From assembly GCA_046290225.1 (NCBI GenBank), contig JBKAGE010000063.1, positions 1-47,166 on the forward strand: a stretch of 47,166 nucleotides of DNA. Reading direction: 5' to 3'. The notes beneath the pieces were generated by a model, which saw only the letters and a list, made by a program, of their open reading frames with translations, ran no database searches and was not told where the DNA came from. The translations under genes were made by a program, and so were the position numbers. This document shows, one piece after another, positions 33,605-43,471 of the stretch (position 1 is its first letter; every line of letters begins with the position of its first letter). Source of the stretch: Bradymonadia bacterium. Lineage in GTDB: Bacteria > Myxococcota_A > Bradymonadia > UBA7976 > UBA1532.

Positions 33605-34906
33605 TCAGATCGAAGCCAGCGCCGAGCCCAAACGCGTCACACAGCGCTCGATCTGCGCCCGGCTCACCGCGCCGACACTGAACCGCACCCAACCCGTCTC
33701 GTCGCCCTGGTAACCGAAGGCGCTGAAGGGCACCACCGCGCAGCCGTGCTCCAGCAGCCAGGCCACCACAGCATCTTCGTCGGGGAAGCCCGGGCGGCCC
33801 ACCAAATCGAACTTCACGCTCAGGTAGAACGCCCCCTGAGGGTCGATGCACTGCACCGGATGACCCGCAGCCTGCCAGCCTTTGATGGCGTCTGCGATCA
33901 TGTCGAGCCGGCCTCGAAGCTCAGCTTTGAAGTCCGTCATGTAGTCTTCGACGATGGCAGGCTCTGCGAGCAGGCGGGCCGTAGCCATCTGCTCGGGGCG
34001 AGGGGCCCAGGCCCCCATGTGGGTCATCAGGGCCTTCACCTTGGCGGTGATCATCGGCGGGCCCACCATCCAGCCCACACGCAGCCCCGTGGCGGCGTAG
34101 CACTTGCTGATGGCGTCGGAGAACATGGTGTACTTCGCCATTTCAGGCCGCAGACCCACAGGGGTGTGGTGCACGCGATCACCATACGTGAGCATGCGGT
34201 AGACCTGATCGTAGATGACATAGAGCAGGCGCTCGCCGGCGGCCTCGCGGCGGCGGTTCTCTTCGATGATCAGATCGCAGATGTCGGCGAGCTGCCCCTC
34301 GGTCATCATGGTGCCCGCGGGGTTCATCGGGGAGCACAGCACCAGCAGACGGGCATCCTTCAGGTGCGGGGCGAGGCCCTCGGCGGTGGGCATGAAAGCG
34401 TCTTCAGGGCGGCTGCTCACCACCACTTGCTCTGCGCCGACGAGCTGGCAGAAGTTGTTGTTGTTCCAGCCCGGGCCCGGGCAGATGACCTTCTCGCCGG
34501 GGTTGATGAGGCACTGGTATGCAGCGAAGAGCACCGGCCGGGCGCCGCTGCCCACCACCACCGACGACACAGGGTAATCGAGGCCCAACACCGCGTGATA
34601 ATGGTCGCGAATCGCCTGTCGCAGCTCGAGCACGCCGTCGGCGGGCGGATAGTTGGTGTGACCTTCGTCGACGGCCTTGTGGATCCCCTCGGCGAGGGGG
34701 GCTGGCACAGTAAACTGACCTGGGGCGAAGTCACCCACGGTGAAGTTGGCCACCTCTTCCCCGGCGGCGATGCGATCCTTCACGGCGTAGGCGATCACCA
34801 GAATCCGGCTGGCGGCCATGCCGAGGGCGGTTTCGGAGAACGTCGCCCTTGCGGTGGCCTGAACGGCGTCGTCGGTCTTGGGAAAATATGAGTCGAGGGT
34901 GGCCAT
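33605..34906 (-). CDS. PLP-dependent aminotransferase class I/II (aspartate aminotransferase-like)
   Basis: TNYPPADGVLELR, CSPMNPAG, YDQVY, PLP-Lys motif DAISKCYAATGLRVGW, PQGAFY. ATG at 34906 with GGAG RBS, directly after lipA. Confidence 0.92.
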   Translation of the reverse strand: MATLDSYFPKTDDAVQATARATFSETALGMAASRILVIAYAVKDRIAAGEEVANFTVGDFAPGQFTVPAPLAEGIHKAVDEGHTNYPPADGVLELRQAIRDHYHAVLGLDYPVSSVVVGSGARPVLFAAYQCLINPGEKVICPGPGWNNNNFCQLVGAEQVVVSSRPEDAFMPTAEGLAPHLKDARLLVLCSPMNPAGTMMTEGQLADICDLIIEENRRREAAGERLLYVIYDQVYRMLTYGDRVHHTPVGLRPEMAKYTMFSDAISKCYAATGLRVGWMVGPPMITAKVKALMTHMGAWAPRPEQMATARLLAEPAIVEDYMTDFKAELRGRLDMIADAIKGWQAAGHPVQCIDPQGAFYLSVKFDLVGRPGFPDEDAVVAWLLEHGCAVVPFSAFGYQGDETGWVRFSVGAVSRAQIERCVTRLGSALASI

Positions 34907-34922
34907 GATAAAGGTGCTCCGA

Positions 34923-35861
34923 TCAGTCGACGTGGCGATGGGCCATATAGCTTGAGCGAACAAGAGGCCCCGACTCTACATGATCGAAGCCCAGGGCGAG
35001 GCCCACTTCACGCAGGCGGTCGAAGGTCTGTGGGGTGACCCAGCGATCTACGGGCAGGTGCTTCACGGTGGGTGAGAGGTACTGCCCGAGGGTGAGCACC
35101 TTGCAGTCAACCGCCCGCAGGTCGGCCATGACCTCTTCGATCTCGTCGTCGAACTCACCGAGGCCCATCATCACCCCGGTCTTGCTGATGATGCGCTCGC
35201 CATTGGGCCCCCGCCACTTGCCGATGTGCTCGAGCACGTCGAGGCTCTGCTGGTAGTCCGCCTGAGGGCGTACCCGCCGGTAGAGCCGCGGCACGGTCTC
35301 GGTGTTGTGGGCCACGATGTCGGGCTGCGCCGCCAGCACGATGTCGAGGGCGTCGAAGTTCCCCTGGAAGTCGGGCACCAGCAGCTCGATGCGCGTGCCC
35401 GGAGAGATCCTGTGGATTGCCCGCACGGTGTCGGCGAAGTGCTGGGCGCCACCGTCGGGTAAATCGTCGCGATTTACGCTGGTGATGACCGCGTGCTTCA
35501 CCCCGAGGGCCTTGATGGCCTCGGCGGTGTGTACCGGCTCTTCAGCGTCGAGGGCCTGCGTGGGCCCCTTGCCCACGGCGCAGAACCCGCAACGGCGGGT
35601 GCAGATCTCACCCATGAGCATGAAGGTGGCGGTGCCGTGGGTCCAACACTCGTCGATGTTGGGGCACCGGGCCTCTTCACAGACTGTGTTCAGCCGCTTG
35701 CCCTCTTTGAGCTCGAGGACTTCGGCGAATTTCGAGCCCCTCTGGTAGCGCACCTTCAGCCATGGCGGCCGAGGGCCGGGCTCTCGGGCCCGGACGCGGG
35801 GATCAGGGGCGGGACCAGAGTCCTTGGCCCGGGGATCGTCGATGGAGACGAGATCACTCAT
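34923..35861 (-). CDS. lipA: Lipoyl synthase
   Basis: CEEARCPNIDEC (Cx4Cx5C), radical SAM CTRRCGFC, HNTETVPRL, SGPLVRSSY. ATG overlaps the lipB stop (ATGA). Confidence 0.97.
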   Translation of the reverse strand: MSDLVSIDDPRAKDSGPAPDPRVRAREPGPRPPWLKVRYQRGSKFAEVLELKEGKRLNTVCEEARCPNIDECWTHGTATFMLMGEICTRRCGFCAVGKGPTQALDAEEPVHTAEAIKALGVKHAVITSVNRDDLPDGGAQHFADTVRAIHRISPGTRIELLVPDFQGNFDALDIVLAAQPDIVAHNTETVPRLYRRVRPQADYQQSLDVLEHIGKWRGPNGERIISKTGVMMGLGEFDDEIEEVMADLRAVDCKVLTLGQYLSPTVKHLPVDRWVTPQTFDRLREVGLALGFDHVESGPLVRSSYMAHRHVD

Positions 35862-36565
35862 GACTGATCTTCCTCCTGTGACCGTACGACGAGGCGTCGG
35901 CCAAAGTTGCGGGCCAGGTGCTCGGCGAGGTGTCGCATGACCTCGTCGATGGACACCTCTCTCCCGAGCTCTGCCTTCAGGCTGGTGACCCCCTTGTCGC
36001 GGATGCCGCAGGGGACGATGAGCTCGAAGTGGTCCATGTGGGTGTTCACGTTCAAAGCGAAGCCGTGGTGGGTGATCCACCGGCTGATGCGGGCGCCCAC
36101 GGCGCCGATTTTGCGCTCGGGCCCCCGTGCGTCCTCGGCGAGCCACGTGCCGGGGGAGCCTTCGACCCGACCGCCGACAAGATCGTACTCGGCGATGGTG
36201 TCGATCATGGTCTGCTCGATGGCCCGCACGAACTTGGGGATGTCCATCCAATCAGGGCGCAGGTCGAGAATAGGATAGCCCACGACCTGCCCAGGACCGT
36301 GATAGGTGGCGTCTCCCCCTCTGTCGCTCTGTACGAGTTCGACGCCCACGGCGGCCAGTGTAGCTTCATTGTAGAGCAGACTCTGGGGATCAGTGTCTCG
36401 CCCCAGTGTGACGACCGGCTCGTGCTGCAAAAGCAGCAAAGTGTCTGGAATCAAGCCCTTACGCCGCTCATCTACGAGCTGTTTCTGCAGCTGCCAGGCC
36501 TGCTGATAGCCGATGGTGCCGAGGTGCCTGACCTCGAGTTCGCGTATGGGCGTCGTGTCGTGCAT
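35858..36565 (-). CDS. lipB: Lipoyl(octanoyl) transferase
   Basis: LLQHEPVVTLGR, DRGGDATYHGPGQVVGYPI, RKIGAVG, HGFALNV, IVPCGI. Confidence 0.97.
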   Translation of the reverse strand: MHDTTPIRELEVRHLGTIGYQQAWQLQKQLVDERRKGLIPDTLLLLQHEPVVTLGRDTDPQSLLYNEATLAAVGVELVQSDRGGDATYHGPGQVVGYPILDLRPDWMDIPKFVRAIEQTMIDTIAEYDLVGGRVEGSPGTWLAEDARGPERKIGAVGARISRWITHHGFALNVNTHMDHFELIVPCGIRDKGVTSLKAELGREVSIDEVMRHLAEHLARNFGRRLVVRSQEEDQS

Positions 36566-37027
36566 CGGGGGAGAGATGCAGGAGAGAGGGCCATGAGTTC
36601 AAGGGGGAAGTTTTTCTCATCGTGCTTTGCATTCGGATTGAGTCGGGAGGGCGAAGGATTGAGGGCAGAGTTCGGGGGCGAAGAGCGCAGGTGAGGCTGT
36701 CTGGCCTGAGGCCAGACGCTTCGGAGTCGACGGAGGCGAAGCCGTAGGAGCATAGAAGCGCCCGAAGGGCAGCCTCTGAAGAAGCACTGAGCATCTTCAA
36801 CCTCGAAATCTGACCTCAAGACAAGCACTCACACTCAATCCGAATGCACAGCACGCTCACTCGCGCTTTAAAGGCCCAGGCAGAAATTTTCGATTTTTTT
36901 GCCACCATCAAATCACGCGGTGTCACACCACGCGAGACGTACATGTTCGACTCGCGCGCATGTGATGATAGACGGCCCGTGATGTGTGAATTCCAGCCCA
37001 GTTCAGATGCTGGTGAGGGAGCAGGTT

Positions 37028-40000
37028 TTGGCTGCACGACATAGAAAATCCGAATTGCTGGCAGTGCTTTTGGGGGCAGCGCTGTCTCTCCCAGCATGTG
37101 ACGACACGGGCACGAGCGGTGATGGGGTGGATGCAGCCCCGGGGGCAGACGCACGCACCGACATGGTCGATCCTGACATGGAGGTGACTCCAGAGCCTGA
37201 TGCTGAGGTCGAGGCCGATGCCGATGCCGATGCCGATGCCGAGGCTGAAGCAGACATGGGCATGGATGGCGACATGTTCGTGGAGGCCGACGCTGAGGCT
37301 GAGCCAGACATGGGCATGGATGACGACATGTTCGTGGAGGCCGACGCAGAGTTGCAGGCCGACATGGGGTGCGCCGACACGGATGGCGATGGTGTGTGCG
37401 ACGACGAAGACATCTGCGCAGAGGGCGACGACAGCGCTGATGCAGACGGCGACGGTGTCCCCGACGCATGTGACGTGTGTCCGGGTGGCGACGACGGCGC
37501 CGATGCAGATGGCGACGGTGTGCCTGATGGGTGCGACCTGTGCGAAGCCGGCGAAGACGGTGTGGACACAGATGGTGATGGTGTGCCTGACGCATGCGAC
37601 AACTGCGTAGACGCGCCCAACCCCGGTCAGTTGGACAGCGACGGAGACTGGAGCCCTCTCGCAGCGGGCGTCGACTTCAACCTGCGCCCCAGTCCAGCCA
37701 ATGACCTCGTCCTCGCCGATGGTGAGAGCACTCGGGTGGAGCTGGGCTTCGAGTGGAGCTACTTCGGCCTGCCTGTGACCGAGGTCGTCGTCTCAGCCCG
37801 AGGGTTTATCTATGTAAATCCACAGGGTGCAGCCCCCATGGCAGAAGACGCGATGGCCCTTGGTGAGGTGCCAGAGGGTGGTGAAGGCCCCATCCGCTCC
37901 ACCACGCCCGGTGTGATTGCGGGTTTCTGGACCGCACTGGCCCCTTCCTCCGGTGGACGCATTGCATACGAGACGGTAGGCGAAGAAGGCAGCCGCGAGT
38001 TGAGAGTGGCGTTCGAAGCTGTGCCCTACGGGCCTGGCGAGGGTCCCACAGTCAGCTTCCAGATGATTCTCCGTGAATCGGGTGGCGTAGAGATTCAGTG
38101 TGAGAGCTGCCTACCACTGGAAGGTACCCCTGTCGTTCAGGGCGCTCAGTCCTGGCGTGACGCTACGTTTGCCACCGCTGAAGGCCGCAACGGAGTGGCT
38201 TTCGACGCTGTGGAAGACGCCATCGAGTTCACGTGGACCTCTGTGCCTGGCACGGGTGATGGTGCAGGCGACGCATGTGACGTATGCCCCCTCGATATTA
38301 CAGACGACACCGACGCAGACACCGTGTGTGACACCTTCGACCTCTGCCCCGGGGAAGACGACACACTCGACGCTGATGCTGACGACCAGCCCGACGCCTG
38401 TGACCCCTGCCCTCAGGACAATCCCGACGACACTGATGGTGACGGCGTCTGTGACTCCGCTGACGTCTGCGCTGGTGGAGACGACAACATCGATGGTGAT
38501 GGTGATGGTGTTGCTGACTTCTGCGACCCCTGCCCTCAGGACAACCCCAACGACACTGACGGCGACGGTGTCTGCGATGCGGTTGACGCCTGCCCTGGAG
38601 GTGATGACGCAGTGGACGGCGACGGTGACGGCGTCGCTAACTTCTGCGATGTCTGTCCTCTCGACAATCCCGATGACCCCGACGGCGACACCGTGTGCAC
38701 AGCGCAAGACATCTGCGCTGGTGGTGACGACCGCATTGACGGTGACGGCGATGGCACCCCCGACTTCTGTGACGTCTGTCCCGCTGACAACCCCAACGAC
38801 ACTGACGGCGACACAGTCTGTGACTCCGCAGACGCATGCCCTGGTGGCGACGACCGCGTAGATGGCGATGGGGATGGTGTTGCCGACTTCTGTGACGTCT
38901 GCCCTGCTGACAACCCTGATGACAGTGATGGGGACACAGTCTGCGACTCCGTAGACGCCTGCCCCGGTGGCGACGACCGCATCGACAACGACGGCGATGG
39001 CACCCCCGACTTCTGTGACGTCTGCCCTGCTGACAACCCGGACGACTCAGACTTCGACAGCATCTGTGACTCCGCTGACGTGTGCCCTGGTGGAGACGAC
39101 CGCCTGGACGGAGACGGAGACGGTGTCGCGGACTTCTGCGACGTGTGTCCTCTCGACAACCCCAATGATTCCGATGGCGACACTGTCTGCGACACAGACG
39201 ATGTGTGCCCCAACGAAGACGACCGCGTGGACACTGACGGCGACAATGTGCCCGACGCCTGTGACCGTTGCCCCCTCGACGCACCCGACGACCCTGATGG
39301 TGACGGCCTGTGCACCACCGAGGAGACCAACAACCTCGGCACCAACCCCGACCTCTTCGACACCGATGAAGATGGCCTCGACGACGGTACGGAGCTCGGA
39401 CTCGGCACCGACCCTCTCGACCCTGACTCAGACGGCGACGGCGTCCTCGACGGCATCGAAATCCTCCGTTTCGGCAGCGACCCCAACGACCCTATCATTC
39501 GCTCACGTCAGCCCAACTTCCAGCTCACCGCCAGCGCAGGGCGCGGCCTCGCGGGCCTTGCAGTGGGTGTAACCTCCGACATCAACGACGACGGCTATGA
39601 CGAGATTCTCGTGGGTGCCCCTTCGTTCGATGGCCCCGCTGGCCCTGACGCCGGCCGCTTCTATGTCGTCTATGGCTCCAGCAACAACGTCGACATCGAC
39701 CTCGACGCCATCGAGGCCAACAACCAGGGCTTCATTCGCGATGGCGCTGACGGCAACTACAACTTCCTCAACACCCTCTGCGTCAACGCCAACCCCGTGA
39801 ACTACGATTGCTTCAAGATCGAGCCCAACACCGATCTGTACGCAGTAGAAGGCTGGCGGGCAGGTCTGGATGGTGGTGGTCTCGGCACCCGTACGGAGTC
39901 CATCGGCGACTTCGATGGTGATGGTGTGGGCGACTTCGCCGTGAGCAGCCCCTGGGCCCGCGTAGATCAGGGCATCTGGGGCGGCGAGGTGCACATCATC

Positions 40001-43000
40001 TCCGGCGCCACCGCCGCCGAGGTCGACCTCAACGCTCTCGAGGGCGATACCCCGGTCGGCGGCAGCCATGTTGCCGCTCGCCAGGGCACGGTCTTCATCG
40101 GTGAGGTCTTCGGGAACGCCCTGGAGCGCACCAACGGGGACGTCATGGGCTTCGAGATCACAGGTGATTTCGACATCAACGGCGACGGGCTCTCCGATCT
40201 GGCCATTTTCTCCGCGAACCAGCGGGACGTCGACCCGTCTGATGTCATCACCGTCATCTTCGGGCGCCGCGGAGGTTTCTCGAGTTCGATCACCGACTAT
40301 GTGAACAGCGACGCTGGATTCCAGATCGCCATCGTCGGCGGTGCGGGCGCCGATGGGTTCTCGCCCAACCTCGAAGCCCCTGGCGACGTCAACGGTGACG
40401 GCTTTGGTGATCTCATCATCAACACACCCAACAACTCCAATGGCTTCTTCGATGGTGATTGGAGCACCGATCAGAACCTGTTCTTGCTCTTCGGCGGTGC
40501 CACCCACACAGATCTCATCCTTGGGGAGTTGTCCCCAGATCGTGGTATTCGGCTCGATCAGGGCCGGGCAGACATCCTGCCGCAGTTCCTCAACGGGTTC
40601 CTCAAGCCCGATATTTTGCGCGGCAATGTGCCCATGACAGTCTCGCAGCCTCTAGGCAGCGGTGGCGACGTAAACGGTGATGGCCTTGCCGACGTGGTGA
40701 TGACCGGTGTCATGCCGAGCGCGAGCAACGCCCACGGTGCCTGGGTAGCCTTTGGTCAGAGCAATGGCCAGCTGACCCCAGTGAGCGAGTTGCACAACAA
40801 CCAAGGACAGGGCTTCGCCATCACCGAGTTGGCCCGCACGGAGTTTTTCGAGTGGGAGCGGCTGGGCGAGAGCGTGACCATTGTGCAGGACATGAACGGC
40901 GACGGCCTCGACGAGATCGCCGTGGCTTGGGAAGCAGCAAGCACACCTCAACTGGCGAACAACGGTCGTGTGTACGTGATTTGGGGGAAGCGGGACACTG
41001 ACCCTGTGGACCTTCGAGACATCGAGGCGGGCATCGGCGGGTTCATCGTCGAGGGTGCTCACGCCGGCGCCGGTCTGGGTGAGAGCCTGGACGGGAGCGG
41101 TGACATCGACGGTGACGGGCTGGGCGACCTGGTGATTGGGGTGCCGGACACATTCAATGCCAACGGGCTCGGTGGCGTGGCCGTGGTGCTGGGTGAGGAC
41201 TTCACGGAGAGCATCTTCGAGCTGGGTGGCGAGCTGGACGACACCTTCGACGGGCTGCCCACTGGAGAAACCCTCGTGGGTGGTCGCGGCAACGACACCC
41301 TGCGGGGCAACGGTGGGCCCGATGTGCTCTACGGCGGCCAGGGCAACGACCGCTTCGAGGTGGCCGACGCGACCTTCCAGCGCATTCGCGGCGGCTCAGG
41401 CTTCGACACCCTCGCCATGGTGGGCCCTTCGTGGCGATTGCTCCCCTCCACCTTCCGCGGCCGACTCTTCGAGGTCGAGGCCATCGACCTCTCCGCACCG
41501 GAGCCTCATAGCGTCGCCCTCGCGCGGCAAGATGTGCTCGAGATGCAGAAAATCGGCAACACGGTGTTCATTCTGGGTACCGCCGAGGACGACGTGGTCC
41601 TCACCGGTGGAGACTGGACCCTCGGCATGGAGGACGAGCAGGGCTTCGTGATGTGGTACAGCGGCCTGGCCACAGTCCGTGTGCAAAACACGGTGACGGT
41701 ACGCCCTGGTGCTGCCTTCGCTCAGGATCCGTTCCGGTTCAACTTGCCAGAGCTGACCGCTGATGGCGGCATCGTGGGTGACGTGAGCGTGCTGGACGGT
41801 ACCTTCGTGACCTATGGCATGCTCGAAGACCCACTCAACGCCTTCGGGGTGAACGCAAACGGCGAGCTGTTCGTGGCAGACACAGTGCCGCTGGACTTCG
41901 AGACGGTGCCAGAGGTCATCCAGCTTCGAGTCTCGGCGGAGACTGAGAACGGTGTGGTGACGAGCACGCGAGTCTTCGTGCAGCTGACCGACGAAAACGA
42001 GCCCCCAGTGTGGGCGGCGGCGCTGGACTCGATGACGCTTCCGGAGTCTGCACAAGACGGCACGGTGGTGGGCGGCATCAACCCCACCCCGGTGGACCCT
42101 GACGCCGAGGACACCTTCACCTACAGCATTGTCGCCGGGAACGACGATGGCATCTTCGCCATCGACCCCAACACCGGCGCCATCCGCGTCGTCGACAACC
42201 GCGCCCTCGACTTCGAGACACAGCCACAGCACACCCTCACCCTCAGGGCCACTGACGCCCAGGGCGCCTTCGCGAATAGTCCTCCTCAGGTCATCGACCT
42301 CACCAATGTCAACATCGTCGAGGCACCTTTCGACCTCACCTTCAGCACAGTCCGGCAGTCGATGTGGGCCGACGCCAACCCACTGCCCAACTTCAACATT
42401 CTCAACCCCTCCTGGACCAGCAACCCCCAGGCCGGTGAGATCGGCGCCGGTGAGTGGACGGCGCGGTTCAGCGGCTTCTACATGACCATCCGGACTCAAG
42501 GGCGCATGCTGGCGAACTTCGTCATGCAGTCGTTCTTCGGTGAGTACTCGGTGGAGTTCCCCATCAACACCCGGGTGACCTACCCCGACGCCATCACCAC
42601 CGGCACCGCCTTCGACTTCGACACCACACTCACTTGGAACGATGGCCGAGCCTTCCTCGGCTCACCGAGCTGGCGGTACGAGGCGGGCATGCAGTTCATC
42701 AACTTCGGCATCCAGGGCATGCAGTTCTGCGCCGCAACGGCGTGTCACGACCCCGGCCGAAACTTCCAGTTCAGCGGGGGCTTCAACGAGGCCCGCATCC
42801 GGCCGACGCTCTACCGCGAGTTCCCGCTGCCCTCAACGGCGAACGGCTTCGATCACAGCTTCGACTGGAACCACGCCCCTGTGGACTTCCGCATCGCTTG
42901 GGTGAATTACCTCAACGTTGCCCTCCGGGCCCTGGGCGTGCCCACCAACGTCGGTGAGTTCGACTTCTTCCCCTTCGGGCCCCACGTGGGCGGCTATCGG

Positions 43001-43465
43001 GTCAACTATGTCATCGTGGAGCCCGAGGTGGTCCTGGCCCATGGGGTGAACCAGCGATTCCGTTTCCAGGTGAGCACGGTGCCGTACACCATCACCCTCG
43101 AAGATGGCGTCACCACCATCGACGGTCAGCTGGGCACCACCACCCCCATCACCTTGCCTGCAGGGGCCGACACCAACAACGATGGCCGAGTGGACTTCAC
43201 CCTCACCATCACCCCCGAAGCCACCTGGACCACCCGCTCTACCCACAACACCACCTACGCCCTCGAAATCACGGGCATGCGCGTCAGCGTGGCGCAGCTG
43301 GACAGCATTCGACGCGAGGTTGGCCGCTACCCCGAGACCACGGGCTACTTCAGCCGCATCATCAACGATGGCCCTGACGAAATCTTCGAAGAGACCCGCC
43401 CCGTCGGTGGCCTCAACAGCCACACTCTCCGCGGCTCCTTTGATCTGACGCCTCCCGCCCCCTGA
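37028..43465 (+). CDS. Giant lipoprotein adhesin-like protein: TSP type-3 repeats, FG-GAP (integrin-alpha-like) repeats, RTX-like nonapeptides, cadherin-like domains
   Basis: Probable TTG start at 37028 after GAGGGAG (ORF open from 36986). Lipobox LPA-C. DxDGDGVxDxCDxCP repeats; seven GDxNGDGxxD-type FG-GAP loops; GGRGNDTL/GGQGNDRF/GGSGFDTL; two LDFET cadherin-like units joined by LTDENEPP. Confidence 0.9.
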   Translation: MAARHRKSELLAVLLGAALSLPACDDTGTSGDGVDAAPGADARTDMVDPDMEVTPEPDAEVEADADADADAEAEADMGMDGDMFVEADAEAEPDMGMDDDMFVEADAELQADMGCADTDGDGVCDDEDICAEGDDSADADGDGVPDACDVCPGGDDGADADGDGVPDGCDLCEAGEDGVDTDGDGVPDACDNCVDAPNPGQLDSDGDWSPLAAGVDFNLRPSPANDLVLADGESTRVELGFEWSYFGLPVTEVVVSARGFIYVNPQGAAPMAEDAMALGEVPEGGEGPIRSTTPGVIAGFWTALAPSSGGRIAYETVGEEGSRELRVAFEAVPYGPGEGPTVSFQMILRESGGVEIQCESCLPLEGTPVVQGAQSWRDATFATAEGRNGVAFDAVEDAIEFTWTSVPGTGDGAGDACDVCPLDITDDTDADTVCDTFDLCPGEDDTLDADADDQPDACDPCPQDNPDDTDGDGVCDSADVCAGGDDNIDGDGDGVADFCDPCPQDNPNDTDGDGVCDAVDACPGGDDAVDGDGDGVANFCDVCPLDNPDDPDGDTVCTAQDICAGGDDRIDGDGDGTPDFCDVCPADNPNDTDGDTVCDSADACPGGDDRVDGDGDGVADFCDVCPADNPDDSDGDTVCDSVDACPGGDDRIDNDGDGTPDFCDVCPADNPDDSDFDSICDSADVCPGGDDRLDGDGDGVADFCDVCPLDNPNDSDGDTVCDTDDVCPNEDDRVDTDGDNVPDACDRCPLDAPDDPDGDGLCTTEETNNLGTNPDLFDTDEDGLDDGTELGLGTDPLDPDSDGDGVLDGIEILRFGSDPNDPIIRSRQPNFQLTASAGRGLAGLAVGVTSDINDDGYDEILVGAPSFDGPAGPDAGRFYVVYGSSNNVDIDLDAIEANNQGFIRDGADGNYNFLNTLCVNANPVNYDCFKIEPNTDLYAVEGWRAGLDGGGLGTRTESIGDFDGDGVGDFAVSSPWARVDQGIWGGEVHIISGATAAEVDLNALEGDTPVGGSHVAARQGTVFIGEVFGNALERTNGDVMGFEITGDFDINGDGLSDLAIFSANQRDVDPSDVITVIFGRRGGFSSSITDYVNSDAGFQIAIVGGAGADGFSPNLEAPGDVNGDGFGDLIINTPNNSNGFFDGDWSTDQNLFLLFGGATHTDLILGELSPDRGIRLDQGRADILPQFLNGFLKPDILRGNVPMTVSQPLGSGGDVNGDGLADVVMTGVMPSASNAHGAWVAFGQSNGQLTPVSELHNNQGQGFAITELARTEFFEWERLGESVTIVQDMNGDGLDEIAVAWEAASTPQLANNGRVYVIWGKRDTDPVDLRDIEAGIGGFIVEGAHAGAGLGESLDGSGDIDGDGLGDLVIGVPDTFNANGLGGVAVVLGEDFTESIFELGGELDDTFDGLPTGETLVGGRGNDTLRGNGGPDVLYGGQGNDRFEVADATFQRIRGGSGFDTLAMVGPSWRLLPSTFRGRLFEVEAIDLSAPEPHSVALARQDVLEMQKIGNTVFILGTAEDDVVLTGGDWTLGMEDEQGFVMWYSGLATVRVQNTVTVRPGAAFAQDPFRFNLPELTADGGIVGDVSVLDGTFVTYGMLEDPLNAFGVNANGELFVADTVPLDFETVPEVIQLRVSAETENGVVTSTRVFVQLTDENEPPVWAAALDSMTLPESAQDGTVVGGINPTPVDPDAEDTFTYSIVAGNDDGIFAIDPNTGAIRVVDNRALDFETQPQHTLTLRATDAQGAFANSPPQVIDLTNVNIVEAPFDLTFSTVRQSMWADANPLPNFNILNPSWTSNPQAGEIGAGEWTARFSGFYMTIRTQGRMLANFVMQSFFGEYSVEFPINTRVTYPDAITTGTAFDFDTTLTWNDGRAFLGSPSWRYEAGMQFINFGIQGMQFCAATACHDPGRNFQFSGGFNEARIRPTLYREFPLPSTANGFDHSFDWNHAPVDFRIAWVNYLNVALRALGVPTNVGEFDFFPFGPHVGGYRVNYVIVEPEVVLAHGVNQRFRFQVSTVPYTITLEDGVTTIDGQLGTTTPITLPAGADTNNDGRVDFTLTITPEATWTTRSTHNTTYALEITGMRVSVAQLDSIRREVGRYPETTGYFSRIINDGPDEIFEETRPVGGLNSHTLRGSFDLTPPAP
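37214..37347 (+). repeat. In-frame (GCCGAT)4 microsatellite followed by a 54-bp tandem duplication in the lipoprotein tether
   Basis: GCCGAT x4 + GCCGA at 37214-37242. CAGACATGGGCATGGATG(G/A)CGACATGTTCGTGGAGGCCGACGC at 37251 and 37305. Confidence 0.85.
38294..39277 (+). repeat. Eight 123-bp (41-aa) tandem TSP3-like Ca-binding repeats
   Basis: Unit DNPDDxDGDxVCDxxDxCxGGDDRxDGDGDGVxDFCDVCPx repeated eight times in register. Confidence 0.9.
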
Positions 43466-43471
43466 GCCGCC

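Noticed and set aside
35862..36251. 130-aa N-terminal extension of LipA in the ORF track
   Set aside because: It overlaps lipB in another frame. The ATG at 35861, with an AGGAGG RBS and ATGA coupling, is the plausible start.
38294..39277. Regularly spaced repeats considered as a CRISPR array
   Set aside because: In-frame 123-bp coding repeats with synonymous variation and no unique spacers; no cas genes in the window.
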